From Octopus bimaculoides (taxonomy: Eukaryota), in assembly GCF_001194135.2 (NCBI RefSeq), contig NC_068982.1, positions 92,189,302 to 92,253,301 on the forward strand: DNA of 64,000 bases, written 5' to 3'. Shown one piece after another: positions 36,401-50,200 of the stretch (position 1 is its first letter; the number at the start of each line of letters is the position of its first letter). The notes beneath the pieces were generated by a model. The model was not told where the DNA came from. It searched no databases and saw only the letters and a program-made list of their open reading frames with translations. The position numbers and the translations under genes were made by a program.

Positions 36401-39400
36401 TGGTGGACTCCATCGTTAATGTGTCAAACTAAATACCATATCTTTTTTTTTGCTCTTTTTAGTTCTGAGTTCAAATCCTGCTGAGGTCAACCTTACCTTT
36501 CAGTCATGTGGAGCCAATAAAGTGGTGTTAAGTACTGGGGTTGATGATATCACCTAAACCTATCCCCTCAAAAATTGCTGGCCTTGTGCCTAAATTAGAA
36601 ACAGTTCAAGAACAGTAGATGGTAGATTCAGCATAATACTACCCATCATATCTTGCAGCATTTAGATACACCTCCTTAGATTCTGAGTTCTAGTCCCACT
36701 AGAGTTGACTTAATAACTAATAAAAGCTTTCAATTTAATTTGTCTTAGTTATTCACTTTCATTTTCTATTGGTCTACAGGAAAGTCTGATACAGTAATTT
36801 GTTTTAGCTGTGATGGCGGTTTATGTAATTGGGATGATGATGATCAACCATGGCATGAACATGCTCGATGGTTTCCAAGATGTACTTTTGTACAACAGAT
36901 GAAAGATTCTAAGTACATTGCATCTGCAAGTATGAAAAACAAAGCATCTTCATATAACCAGGTAAAAAAAATAACATCACTATTCATTTTTCTGATATAT
37001 AACTTTTATTGAAGTGGAGGCGCAATGGCCCAGTGGTTAGGGCAGCGGACTCACGGTCATAGGATCGCGGTTTCGATTCCCAGACTGGGCATTGTGAGTG
37101 TTTATTGAGCGAAAACACCTAAAGCTCCACAAGGCTCCGGCAGGGGATGGTGGCGAACCCTGCTGTACTCTTCCACCACAACTTTCTCTCACTCTTACTT
37201 CCTGTTTCTTTGTGCCTGTAATTCAAAGGGTCAGCCTTGTCAAGCTGAATATCCCCAAGAACTACATTAAGGGTACACGTGTCTGTGGAGTGCTCAGCCA
37301 CTTGCACGTTAATTTCACGAGCAGGCTGTTCCGTTGATCGGATCAACTGGAACCCTCGACGTCGTAAGCGACGGAGTGCCAACAAAAAAAAAACTTTTAT
37401 TGATAGCTAGACTATTTCTACTGTTTAAAGTATATTGCTACACTTGTTCATTCACACATGTATTTCAAGAGTTAAAGGAACATTTTGTACATTACACTAG
37501 CATTAGGGGACTAAATCAGAAGAAAATCTGTGAAGCACCTATATTCTAAATGTCTAAAATATGTTAATAAGTTTATAATTTTTCAGATATTATTAACTTC
37601 CTCTTTAGTGATAAAATCATTTTTAATATTTACACTTATACCACATTTCAGTCACTTTGTAAGTGATCAAATAGAGATTTCTACTCTAACTATTGGTATT
37701 GTTGTGTAGAACTGAACACTTTGCATGAGATGTTCCTTATCATATTTGATGAAATGTTCAGGGTAAACCAACAGATTTACCACACTAGATATGCTGAACT
37801 TCTGTCTGTTCTTCAACCATACTGTGCATCTTATCATGTGTCATTCAGCTATTTGTAATGCTGAGGCAATTTGGAAATCTAATACCTACCTTATCCAACC
37901 TGCTCCTATGAGTGATGCAAAGTGTAGCTATCAATATAATGCATATTTTACTGCTTGTGTAATTACTGCAATTATGTAGGTGTGACAGTATTATCTTGGT
38001 TCAATGTTTGATTATTAAGATTGGACACTAAACTCTGCTTGCGAAGACCTGTTGGGGCAAGCGAAAGCGAAATTGTGATGGCACCACCGTTCGAGCGTGA
38101 TCGTTACCAGCGTCGCCTTCCTGGCACTTATGCCACAGCTTCGCGTTCCTGGCACGTGAAAAGTCATTCGAGCGAGATCGTTGCCAGTGCCACTGGACTG
38201 GCTCCTGTGCAGGTGGAACGTAAAATACACCATTTTGAGCATGGCCGTTGCCAGTACCGCCTGACTGGCCTTCATGCTGGTGGCGCATAAAAGCACCCAC
38301 TACACTCTCAGAGTGGTTGGCGTTAGGAAGGGCATCCAGCTGTAGAAACTCTGCCAAATCAGATTGGAGCCTGGTGTAGCCATCTGGTTCACCAGTCCTC
38401 AGTCAAATCGTCCAACCCATGCTAGCATGGAAAGCGGACGTTAAACGATGATGATGATTTGTAGGCTAGTTTTAGAAATGTTTTTTTTTAAATTTTCTGT
38501 TGAAAAGATGTGTGCTGAATCACTGATCATGTAAAATATGCTATGTTCCAAAGTTTGTTAGAGGACCTGGGTAATTTTTACAGAGAGTAGATTGAACCCC
38601 AAGTGGGGTGGATTTCGTGCACTCTTTGTAAACTACATTGATGATTTCCTTGTTTTGGTTTGATACCATGCCAGTTTGAAGTTTAAATACTGAATTATTG
38701 AACTACAATTACCTGAATTCAAATGTTACTGCAGCCATTACTATGTTGTGTATTGAGGCAAGATATATTGTCTCCTTGGGCAGGATATATTATCATCATC
38801 ATACATCCATTTTTCATACTGACATGGGTTGGACAGTTTGACCAGAGCTGGCATGCTGGAGAGCTGCACCAGACTCCAGTCTGATTTAGCATGGTTTCTA
38901 TGCCTGGAATCCCTTCCTCACACCAACCACCTTACAGAGTATGCTGGGTGCTTTTACTTGGCACTAGCACAGGTACTTTTTACATGGCACCAGCACAGGA
39001 CTCCTTCAGGCCAATTCACTTCACCACTTCTGCTGTGGAGTACAGATTTTCTTGAGTACAGCAAGGTGTTGGGTATCTTGGTCCTTTGTCATCTTGTCTG
39101 AAAGGTTCAGCATCCTGAGGTCATCCGTCAGTACTTCAGATATATGCAGCAACCAGTGTTTGTTTCTCTTGTTAATCATATGATTAGACACCTCTTTCAT
39201 CAGATCATTTTACAATAATATCAGCTAAAGACCTAATGTATTATGCTTATGCCTCACTGAGAAGCATAATTTACACTGATATTTGATGATAAATGGTTTC
39301 ACAGTCTGGACATATCATGCTCTTTCCACTATACAGTCTACTTCTATACACCCCCAGATTCTGGTTCTCTGCACTATTTGTTGATAGTGTACATCCCAGC

Positions 39401-42400
39401 AGTTTCTGGGTCTAGCAAGGCTATTTCTGTATTTATTTTTAAAATTTTTCTGACTGAGTGAGAGATATAGTGTTTTTAGGATGCTGTTGTGTGTTTAGCT
39501 GTCTGGAAATGATTTTTACCCCTCTTGTAACAGGGACTGTAAGAATTGAAGTTTGCTGCACTTACAAACTATGGCTATTTTATGTTCATATGGTCTTTCA
39601 TTTTTAGTACTTTTATGTTGTTGTGCAGATAATCTGTATAACCTATGATGATGCATAGTGTGTTGTTTTGTGATTTGGTAATCTATTGTGGTTTGTTTGG
39701 AAGAGATCAGGGATTCAAACAGAACTGGCATAGTCTATTCTGGATCTAATGTATCCTTTGTACATCATTGTTGTTGTTTGTTTCTGCTGACCAAATGTGC
39801 ATATCAATCTAAATGGTAGCTTTCTATCGTTGGTGAGTGGAGAGTCTTTCTCTCACCTATCAATTTATAATATTGAGAATGCATCTGATTGTGCCACTAG
39901 CATTAGAGAGGTTGTCCATCACCCTGTATCAGCTTTTATTCAAGCAACTGCTTTCACAGATGAGCTATCTTTGCTGGACCTTGCAAAGTCTGTGTTTTCT
40001 CAGTTTCTTGATTATTTTTTTCTAGAGACTGGATGCCTTTCTTGTTGACAACTTGTTTACAGCACAAATGAAGTACATTTTTAGTGTGCTATCACTGGTA
40101 CAAGAGAGGTTGTTTGCAATGCGAGGTGAGGGGAGCCCTCAATGACAACTTTAGGTAGCTGAACATAAAATTGTTCTCATTAAGTATTTTTTGTGTAAGG
40201 AGTAGCTTACAGTGGTATTTGGATGCAGCTTGAAGTGAGATGGGAATATACTGCACTGCAGTAATGACAGCTAGACCCTTTCAAGGGAATTTTTCTTGGT
40301 GGACTCGAGGCAGCTGGGCCCAGATTGGTAGAAGGTGGGCATCAGATTCTGTAAAACTTAATATGTTACCTGTAACACTTTAAAAATACATATATAATGT
40401 AATTAAAACTTTAAAATTAGTTATGTGTTATTTTGTTCAGTTCAACAATATTTTCTCAATGACAGGTAGTTTATAGAAATCTCAGCAACTGTAACTTAGA
40501 AAGATTTGATCAATAAAAAATTATTACAAGATAAATAACTTGGTGAAATAATTTTCAAATGCTAAATTATTGCAAGAACTTCAGCTTCATAGTGTTTAAT
40601 ATTTGTGCTTTGAAACAGACCATCATTTCTTCTACTTTGGCAGTTGTTATATGGTACAGCAGGGATAAAATACATGATAACAGAGAAACATGTATGTCTG
40701 TATCTGTGTATACCATTATAATATTACTGAAATTATAACTTTTTTTGTTTTTGTTTTAAAGGTGTTAGATAATGCTAGTTCAGTTCTAGATGGCTCTGCA
40801 GAACCTACTGAAGGATCAAGTACTATTGAAGATGTTACAACTTTCCCAAATACTCCAACTTCAGGTAAGAAAAGATACATGTCTGAATTTGTAAATGTCT
40901 TATTTATTTATGACTAAAAGCATGTTGTTCCCTTATTGTCATTGACACTTATAGAATATTTCTTACCTAACTAAATAAGGAGTCTCGTGAAATTTATAGC
41001 AACAGATAAGCCTTGAATTTTGCTGATAGCTCATATTGCCATGTGTTATGAAGCTGAGTTTTAATAGTAGAAGGTAATCAGCAATAACTCTAATGATATG
41101 CATGGCTCTCTCACCCACACACATACACACACACACACACACGCTCTGATCATTCTTTCTACAGAAATGGGAAAATAAAGTCCCTTCTGCTAGAACCCAT
41201 CAAAATCTCTTTCAATCAGAAATCCAACATCTTATCCTTTCTGCCATTTTGCTCAGTTTTTATGAAAAAATCTACCTTGCTACAGTAACTATGCAAAGAA
41301 GACACAGTGGCACAAACGGCAAAAGTAGATGGAAGTGATGAGCAGCACAGCACAGCATGGGACTAAGGATATTTACAACTACTTCAGTTTGTTAATAAAA
41401 TCACACAATAACAAACTTTTCCAACTCAAGAAAGAAGTTGAATTTGTTATAGTGATGCCATCTGATAACTAAATGAACAACTCAAGGCAAAGGTTAAAAA
41501 TGAGATCATCTAACAAGTCAATCACTATATTTACGTAGATCAATATATCTATGTAGACCAGTGTTTCCCAAATTTTTCACACCAAATTGCAATATCGCCC
41601 ACCTATCAGCCAAAAAATGCTCCATCGCCCACCTGTGTAAAAAAAACTCTGACACAACCCCCACAACACAAAACCTCCTAGAACCCCCCCCCCCCNNNNN
41701 NNNNNNNNNNNNNNNNNNNNNNNNNNNATATCATTTGACACACTTTATCGTAGGCTCGTTGCCCTGTTAGTGCCGTTTGGGCTAAATATGTGGTTGTTTA
41801 CAAATCCCTTATTGTGGGTTTAGTTTTGCCATTATTGTAAATAAAATTCTAACGTTAACTCTATATTTTTCAGACAGATTAACTTCTGGAAACTTGCACT
41901 TTCTTTTACACTGATTCTCATTTTCCCCAAATGAATCAGAACTACCGATGCAAAAATAGATAATGATTGTATTATAAAGGAAAAAAATAAAACTTTTTAA
42001 TGAGAACCATGTGTCTGGTGCGATGCAGCTAGTGCAGATACATTCGGCTTCAAACTTGTCAACTTTAGCCACATGTCTCCTCGTTGTGTCACATCCAGTC
42101 CAATTCTTTTATGGGAAAGTAAATTTCCAATGTGGTTAAGACCAGATTCAACCAAGTATGAGGTTGGGAAGGCAAGCAAGAGTAATTTCAGATGCTTCCA
42201 CAGATTGGGGTAGGAATTCAATATACTCTGATGGTACCACTGTCACTGTCATTTTGTAATTCTATCAATTCCTCATGAATGTCATCCTCACAATCAACTG
42301 CATCAACCTCAAACGGATTGCTATACCAATTTGGAATATTCAGTGCAATAACATCTTGAAATCACTCCATGTTATGCAATGATTGTAAATAGTTGCGATA

Positions 42401-45400
42401 TTAACTATTCATTAACCAATTTATCTTTCAAAGAATCAAGTTGTGGAAATTGATGGAATTGATGTTTTGAAATTTTAGTCTTATACAACACCAATTTCGA
42501 AATGAAGGTAGTGATAAATGGTTTACAATCAACGAGAATTTTTCTGTTTCGTTGTAATAACTTATTCAAATCATTTAATTTTGTGAATATATCACAAAGG
42601 AAAAAGATATCATACCTTGCAGCCATCAATGAAGCAGATAGTGGAGTATCTTCAAAGAAAGATATGATTTTATGAAACAGTTCAACAAAGTGTAAGACGC
42701 AGTTTCCTTTTTGACAGCCTTTGGTATAAGAATTTAGTATGGTCCTCATCATTTCTCAGACAGAGTTGATGGAAAATTCAATCAGACAAGGGACTTGACT
42801 TCAATTTGTTTACAATCTTGATAACTAACTGTAATGCATCATTCAATCTACTATTCATATTTTTTGCTACTAAATGATGCTGCTGTGCCAAGCAATGAAC
42901 AGTTTGTATCTGGTGGGAAATTCCACGCTTTAGGAGAGATGAAAATCCTCTGCGTCTTCCTATCACCAAAGAGGCTCCATCAGATGCACAGACAGGAATA
43001 TTACTGAGTGGGATATTATGTTTAAAAAGGAAAGACTTGAGAGTGTGAAAAATAGTTGCACCTTTTGAATCAAGCAGCAATTTCTCTTCGCTGAAATACC
43101 GAACATATACCATCATCAAACATTGATTGTCCACAACAGTTGACTCATCCACTTGTGTAGAAAATTCAGAACGCTGGAGAATATTAATGAGCTGATGTTT
43201 GACATCGTTGGCCATTTTATCGATGTGTCGAGAAATTGTGTTATTACTAAATGGGATCTTCATAATATCAGGTTTTTCGTGCATAACGGTTGACAAAACC
43301 TCTTCAATAACTGGGTGAAGTAATGTTTCTCCAATTGTGTGAGACTTCCCAGACTTAGCACCATCAATGCAATGTTGAATGTTTGTATTTGCTTTTTGAA
43401 AGAGGAGCTCAGATGCAAAATGTATGATAACGGCTTGTCCTTCTTGTCAGAATGCTTTGCACCAAAGTGATACTTCAAGTGTGAAGGTTTCATTGCTTCA
43501 TTGGTCAATGTTTGATGGCAAAGAAAGCACAGTTCTGAGGAGGGAATAAATCTAAACAATAAATAATCACTATTGTACTGTCAACTAATTTTCTTGACTG
43601 GAGGCATCAGTAAAGTGAAAATGTGAAAACGAATTTCTACAGGCAGCATCAGAAAGGTAGTATGGTATTCCCAAAGAGAAGAGGAAGCCAATACACATCT
43701 CTACTGGAGCAAATACAGATCTAGTTTATTTGAATACCAGCATTTCAAAAATTAAAGTTTATCAAAATTTTTAAAAATTTGGTACATTAATATAGCTTTC
43801 CAAGCTAAATTGCTGGAGTTATTCAACTTCCAGAAAAATGTTTTTAAAAAGTTATAGAGGTTTAAAGTTTGATCATTTTCACCCAGTCAAGAAACACAAT
43901 TTCAAAGCTGTCATTTTGTGTGTAACTGCACATTTCATATCAAAACTTGTGTTTTGATATGAAACCACAGAATTATGCATGACCTGTAACCCCTCATAAC
44001 TTTTTTATTTTTCAGAGTTTTCAGGAAATTTTTATGAATTTGAATTCTATACATGGGACTTCATGCAATTATGCAAAAAAAAAATTGTGGTAGAGTGTGA
44101 TTTAAGGCTTAGGCCTATTTGGCTGCTATTTTTAGCACACATAACAACCATCTCAATAAATGCGACAAAAATATTCAATAAACAAGTCCACTTTTTTAAT
44201 ACAAAGGGACATTTCATGTAAGTAGTCAAATCGATGTAAGTGCATCCTTATTCTAGGCATACCTAGATATAAGTAAATGCAGACTTAATTTTTTAAAATT
44301 CATTATCACCCACAAAATGTTCATATCGCCCACCAGAATCTCAAATCGCCCACCATTTTCTAGAAATTAGCCCATCACCCACCTGTAGGTTGAAATCGTC
44401 CTCTTTGGGAAGCTATGGTGTAGACCAATCTACAAGAAAGAGGAGATCAAGTGATGAATCACACTGGGATGGCAGTCCTTCAACTAAGCTAGCACCCCCT
44501 TCAACTCCAGTAGCACTGTGGTTCTACAACAGATGAATTCTACCAACAATGGTTCACATATGTGAAACCTGGTAGAGAAACAGCTCAGTTACAAATTAAG
44601 AACTCACAACAAATTCATGAAAGAATTATACTCAACCTAAGATTAAGGGACATAAGAATATTAAGTGGATGCAGAAGTAGACAATTGTCTGTAACCTTCC
44701 CAATTAAAGTACAAATTGAGCTATGGTCATCATTAGACCATTAATGAGAGAATCTTGACAAGTTCATGTCAAGAGAGTGGTGAAAAAAACACAAGACCAA
44801 ACAAATGGCAACATCTGGAAACTCTTATGTTCAATGAAAACAACTTTTTTCCTACACACACAGATATATATATATATATAGTTTTAGGGAAAAGAACCAA
44901 GGTTCATGAACTCATCGATGAAAATCCAGTCACATATAAAAAAATTAATAATTAAAAGCACAATAAATAAGTATAATATAATAAACCAAGTATAGCCATT
45001 TATGTTCAACAACAGGAAGATTTAAAAAACCAAACACTTAAAAGTCACTGTAAATTTTACAAAATGAAATTTAGAATAATTTTCTGATAAAATTTTAATC
45101 ATTTCTTTTTAAATTGTAGGTATTCTTCCCAAATCTCGAAATCTTAAATATAAATACTCATGTTTGGATACACCTCCAGTTCTGGCCGTTTTATCTATGG
45201 GTTATAAACGAAATGTAGTCAAAAGAGTAGTAAAGAATAAAATCAAAGAAACAGGTAAGCATACTAAGCTGAACTATTCCAATATATAATTTATCCTTAT
45301 TGTAATCATTGCTGTTTTGACATGTTTCTTGAATTTATTGTGGACAAGTCCATAGAATAGGATAGTTTTTGTTCATATCTATCCCATCTACAAAGTATAA

Positions 45401-47179
45401 ATTTTTAAGATCCAGTCTGATAACTTTGGTTAACTTCTCCTTTTATCTGCTTCTGCACTTAGCTTTACTGAGATTCTTAAATCATATGTTTCTATGAAAA
45501 AACTTACATTTGCCTTTTAGTGGAAAATTCATTCAGTCACTTGTGCAAGAATTCAATGTCAATATTGTTAACCATCAAACTGCATCAATTTCTGAATAAT
45601 CTGGAGTTCTTTAAAGTCATTCAAGGCAGAACACATATGACTATTCACCAACTTCTCTGTAAATATATGAGAGGCATAAGGTTAAAAAATGTTGTGGGGA
45701 CAAGTAATGATTTAATAGTTTAAAACATTGACATTGAATTCTTACATATAAAGGGTCATTGGCTGAATGAATTTATCTACTAAAATACAAATGCAAGTTT
45801 TCAAAGTAATATTTATAAGAATATATTTTGGTAGATCAGTAAGTAAATGTATGGTGAGAATCTGAAGAAGCTACAATGTTTTGAAACTGTTGAAAGGTGT
45901 AGCAACTATCAAAATTGCTGGAAGTGTAATATATTTGTCGGAAACAGAGAGCTTCGTCTTCAGATGCTTTTCATGATTTGGATTACATCCTGTTCTTTCT
46001 GATTTGAATTAAAAACATGAAGGGGCCATGAAATGAGGTTGATAAGCTCTGATAAATATCCTAGTGATGAAATCATCAGCTCACAGTTTCCACAACAAAA
46101 CTTCAGTTGTTTAAAAAAAAAAAAAAAGAGCATCAGTCTATGCATTTTTAAATTCAAAATACTGATGGAAGCTTTACAAAGGAGGAGTATAATTGTTAAA
46201 GCAATGGGTAAATATGTATTTAATTGAATGCTAGTTAATAATTAATCAAATATTTCACTAAGCTCATGGTTTTTTGTTTTGTCTTTCTTTTTAAGGTTCT
46301 TCTTTTTCAAAAGCATCGCAGTTACTTGAAGCGATCCATAAATGTCCTGATTTTGATGATGATATTGAGGATGTAAGTGATGAAGAGGAGCCTGTCCAAA
46401 CAACAATAAAAAATGACACTGAAATGTCTGCTAGTAAGTAATAAATGATAACTCTACTATTTCTCCACACTTTGAAATGATTGCTAGTAAATAAGAAGTG
46501 ATCCTTCTTCTATCTATCAAAGTGCTGACAGTGAAGTAGCTGTTACTAAGTAATCCTTCTTTTGTTGTCTCACATTGACACTAGATTGTTATTGCTCACA
46601 AAGAAAGGAAACATCTACTTTTAAAACTTTGTGACTGTCAACACCAAATCATATTTAGTTTAAAATAAACCTCTACAATTTTTTCCAAAAGCCAGGAAGC
46701 TAGATTGGAGTATGGTTTCTAAGTTGTTCTATCTATATTAGATTTAATCCATATTTGCCTATTCAACATAGATATGGGTATTTTTTCTATTCGGTCAGCA
46801 ATTGTTAGCAGATTTACATTGATATATATCATTTAATGTTGGTATAATTATACCATCAAAAAGCTAGAATAAACAAAATGAGTCACAGCTGACACATCAT
46901 TCTAATGTCCACTTCTCTATGTTTGAATGGATCGAATGGAATTCATTATCATTATCATTTTTTTATGCCTAGCTGCCCTTTCTGCTTCCAAGACAAGGAG
47001 ACACACATACATACACATATGTATATATATAAAAATGACCAGCTTCTTTAAGTTTCTGTCTACCAAATCGATTCACAAGACTTCAGTGGCTATAGTAGAA
47101 GACATTTGCACATACTGTGATGCCAAGAAGGTGGTTGGAAAGCAAAAGTCTTAATCTCACAGATATATGTGTGTGTATG

Positions 47180-47244
<65 letters not shown>

Positions 47245-50200
47245 CATATATATATAAAAATGAGTAATAGAGAGGTATAGGTGTCAATTTATTTTGGCCC
47301 TTTCAAGCGACTCCATTAATTGATTAATGAAAACATTACATCATTGCAAAGAAACTGTTTTTGTTAGATGACTGCATGAACTTCAAACATAAAAAATTTG
47401 ACTGATTAAACATAGTCACAACTCCACAGAGCCTAAATATTTACACTGGTTCTGCTGCTATTTTGTTGGCAGAATGACTTTACCAAATATTTTATATCTT
47501 GTAAGAATAAATAGAATTTAGAGGATAGTAGAGGTTATAGTAGGGGGAAGGAGTAATTGAAATCAGTGACCCAGTTACCTATACTTCAAAACAAAAGGAG
47601 GGAGGATTGTTTTTAATGGTCTAGATTTAAGTCTTAGGGGTGTTGAACATGTATTCTGGTCAGTGGTGATAAATTAATTAATATCATGTCAGCCTGCTTA
47701 ACTATCACATGTGATGCAATAATACATCCGGCTTTATCTACAAAAGAGGGTAAGGTGTGGGATAGTAATAAGGGATTGATGGGGAAGGGATGATAAGTAG
47801 AAGAAAAAAGGTTAGGGAGAGTTGATACTACTTCATTTGATTATAGTATTAAAGGGGAAGATCTAGAAAACTGCTGGAATAAGTATTAGAAATATGGATG
47901 GAAATCAAATTCAGAGAATAGCAAAACTTTTCAATTACAATTTAGCACACTTATGATATATCAATAAATATACTATTAAATATATAGGGGAAGGATAAAA
48001 TTATAATAATGAGATACCTTAAGATATAAGAGAAATAATAAAACTTTACGTAAATATTGTGTATAAAATATACTAGTAAAAAGAATATATATATACAATT
48101 TATAACTGAGTTCCTTATAATATAAAAAGGTACTTGTAATATAAAGTAAACTGATATTAGAAATATTCCACATCATTAGGGAAGGATAAAGATAGGATAT
48201 AAAAAAATAAGATCCAAGGTATAGTGTAAATAAATTGGAGATATTTACAATATATAAAGGAGTACCTTCAGATACAAGATTTAAAAATTTAGGTACATAA
48301 TCAAATAATGAATATAATAATATCAGATTAAAGTATACTGTAAGGCATATAAAAATCAACATGTACAATTTTATCCGGATCTAGTTAAACTGATTCACAA
48401 AATCAGCCCCTTTTAATTTTGTTCAGATTGCTTTCACTTTTGGTGTATCAATGCAACTCTGAATTTTGATTATGATCAACCAATTACTCTATCTCATAAA
48501 TTAAAGAATCTGATGTTATTTGGAATTAAAGTTGGAAAATTTGGGTAATTTTAGCCAATTAACAGACAGCTCGGTGTTAACAGCTTGTTACCATCACAAC
48601 CGCATGCTGTGTTGTGTTTCACTTCACCCACACCTGTGCTGCATGTTGTTCTGTATTGATTCTTCGCACTACAAGATCCATTTCACCTGGCCCAGCTTTT
48701 ATCCTGGTCACCCATTTTGCAATCAAAATAATGCACATAGCACTTTTTAATCAATAGCATGAAACGTCATCTTAGTGACTTGAATGTTAAGTTACCGCAA
48801 ATATAGCAAAAGTCTTTGAAATGTTTACACAGTTTCTTGGCATTATGAAGGTGAATGGAATATGTGAACTTAGTACACAACCGCACATCTACACTTCAAG
48901 CACAGCACTGACAGAGCATCAGTGACTCATTGACTCAGGATTGCCAAGCTTCAGAGACTCATTGATTCAGATAGCTGGATTTATGATTTCACTTGGTTAA
49001 TTCTATTCATAAACATTTAAATTAGGAGTATTTCTTCAACCTTTAGCTTCACATTTCAACAGCTTAACTGATATTTAGCCCATGTAACAGGAATTGAGAG
49101 GGATATTGTGGAACAGAGAAATTGTGGGTGATACAGATACTATCTTTGAATTATGTATGCAAAAACATATAAGAAACAGGTATTCTTTTTCTTCAGACAA
49201 ATTCTTTGTTGACCAGTGTTATTCTTATCTTAGTTTACAATCCAAGCATGAAAACAATACTCAACTTAGGAGTTTTGAAGATAGATGCCCCCTTTTCACA
49301 CATACACACACACATATGAATGCATATAAACTTATATATGAATACATACATCCACATGCACTTATATATTAATGATGTTCACAAATACATGACAGGTATA
49401 CATGATACTGAAATACGCATAAAGTGAACATATGCAAACATATATTAATATAATAGATAAGAAAAGTAATAAAAATATATAAAACACTATAGAAATCAAT
49501 GAAGAGACAAAAGAAACAGTGAGATGACACATGTTGATTTTGTTAGGTATTTCTGTTTATTTAGAAACCTACAATAAACAGGTCATTTCAAAGACACTAA
49601 ACACAGAAAATTTCTGTCTTGGTATTGACAAAAATACAGTTTTTTCGATTTTTAAACCTCTGTAACTTTTTCCCCTTTTTTGTTCTCTACAACATCATAC
49701 CTTCATAGCAATAAGAGTGGAAAACTACATTAATATGCAAATTTTGTGAATCAGTTTAACTAGATCCTTTTATCCTTCACCTATATATTTAATAGTATAT
49801 TTATTGATATAATATCATAAGTGTGCTAAATTGTAATTGAAAATTTTTGCTATTCTCTGAATTTGATTTCCATCCATATTTCTAATACTTATTCCAGTAA
49901 TTTTCTAGATCTTCCCCTTTAATACGATAATCAAATGAAGTAGTATCAACTCTCCCTAACCATTTTTTCTTCTACGTATCATCCCTTCCCCATCACTCAA
50001 TCTCTTATTACTATCCCACACTTTACCCTCTTTTGTAGATAAAGCCGGATGTATTATTGCATCACATGTGATAGTTAAGCAGGCTGACATGATATTAATT
50101 AATTTATCACCACTGACCAGAATACATGTACAACACCCCTAAGACTTAAATCTAGACCATTAAAGACAATCCTCCCCCCTTTTGTTTTGAGGTATAGGTA

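Noticed and set aside
37016-37090. tRNA gene
   Set aside because: It has A/B boxes but no complete cloverleaf, continues into a SINE body with A-tail and TSD, and the body has a second copy at 23654.
47976-48368. 130-aa hydrophobic ORF as a NUMT or membrane protein
   Set aside because: The L/Y/F/I richness follows from the T-rich strand of an AT-rich tract. No recognisable mitochondrial protein motif.
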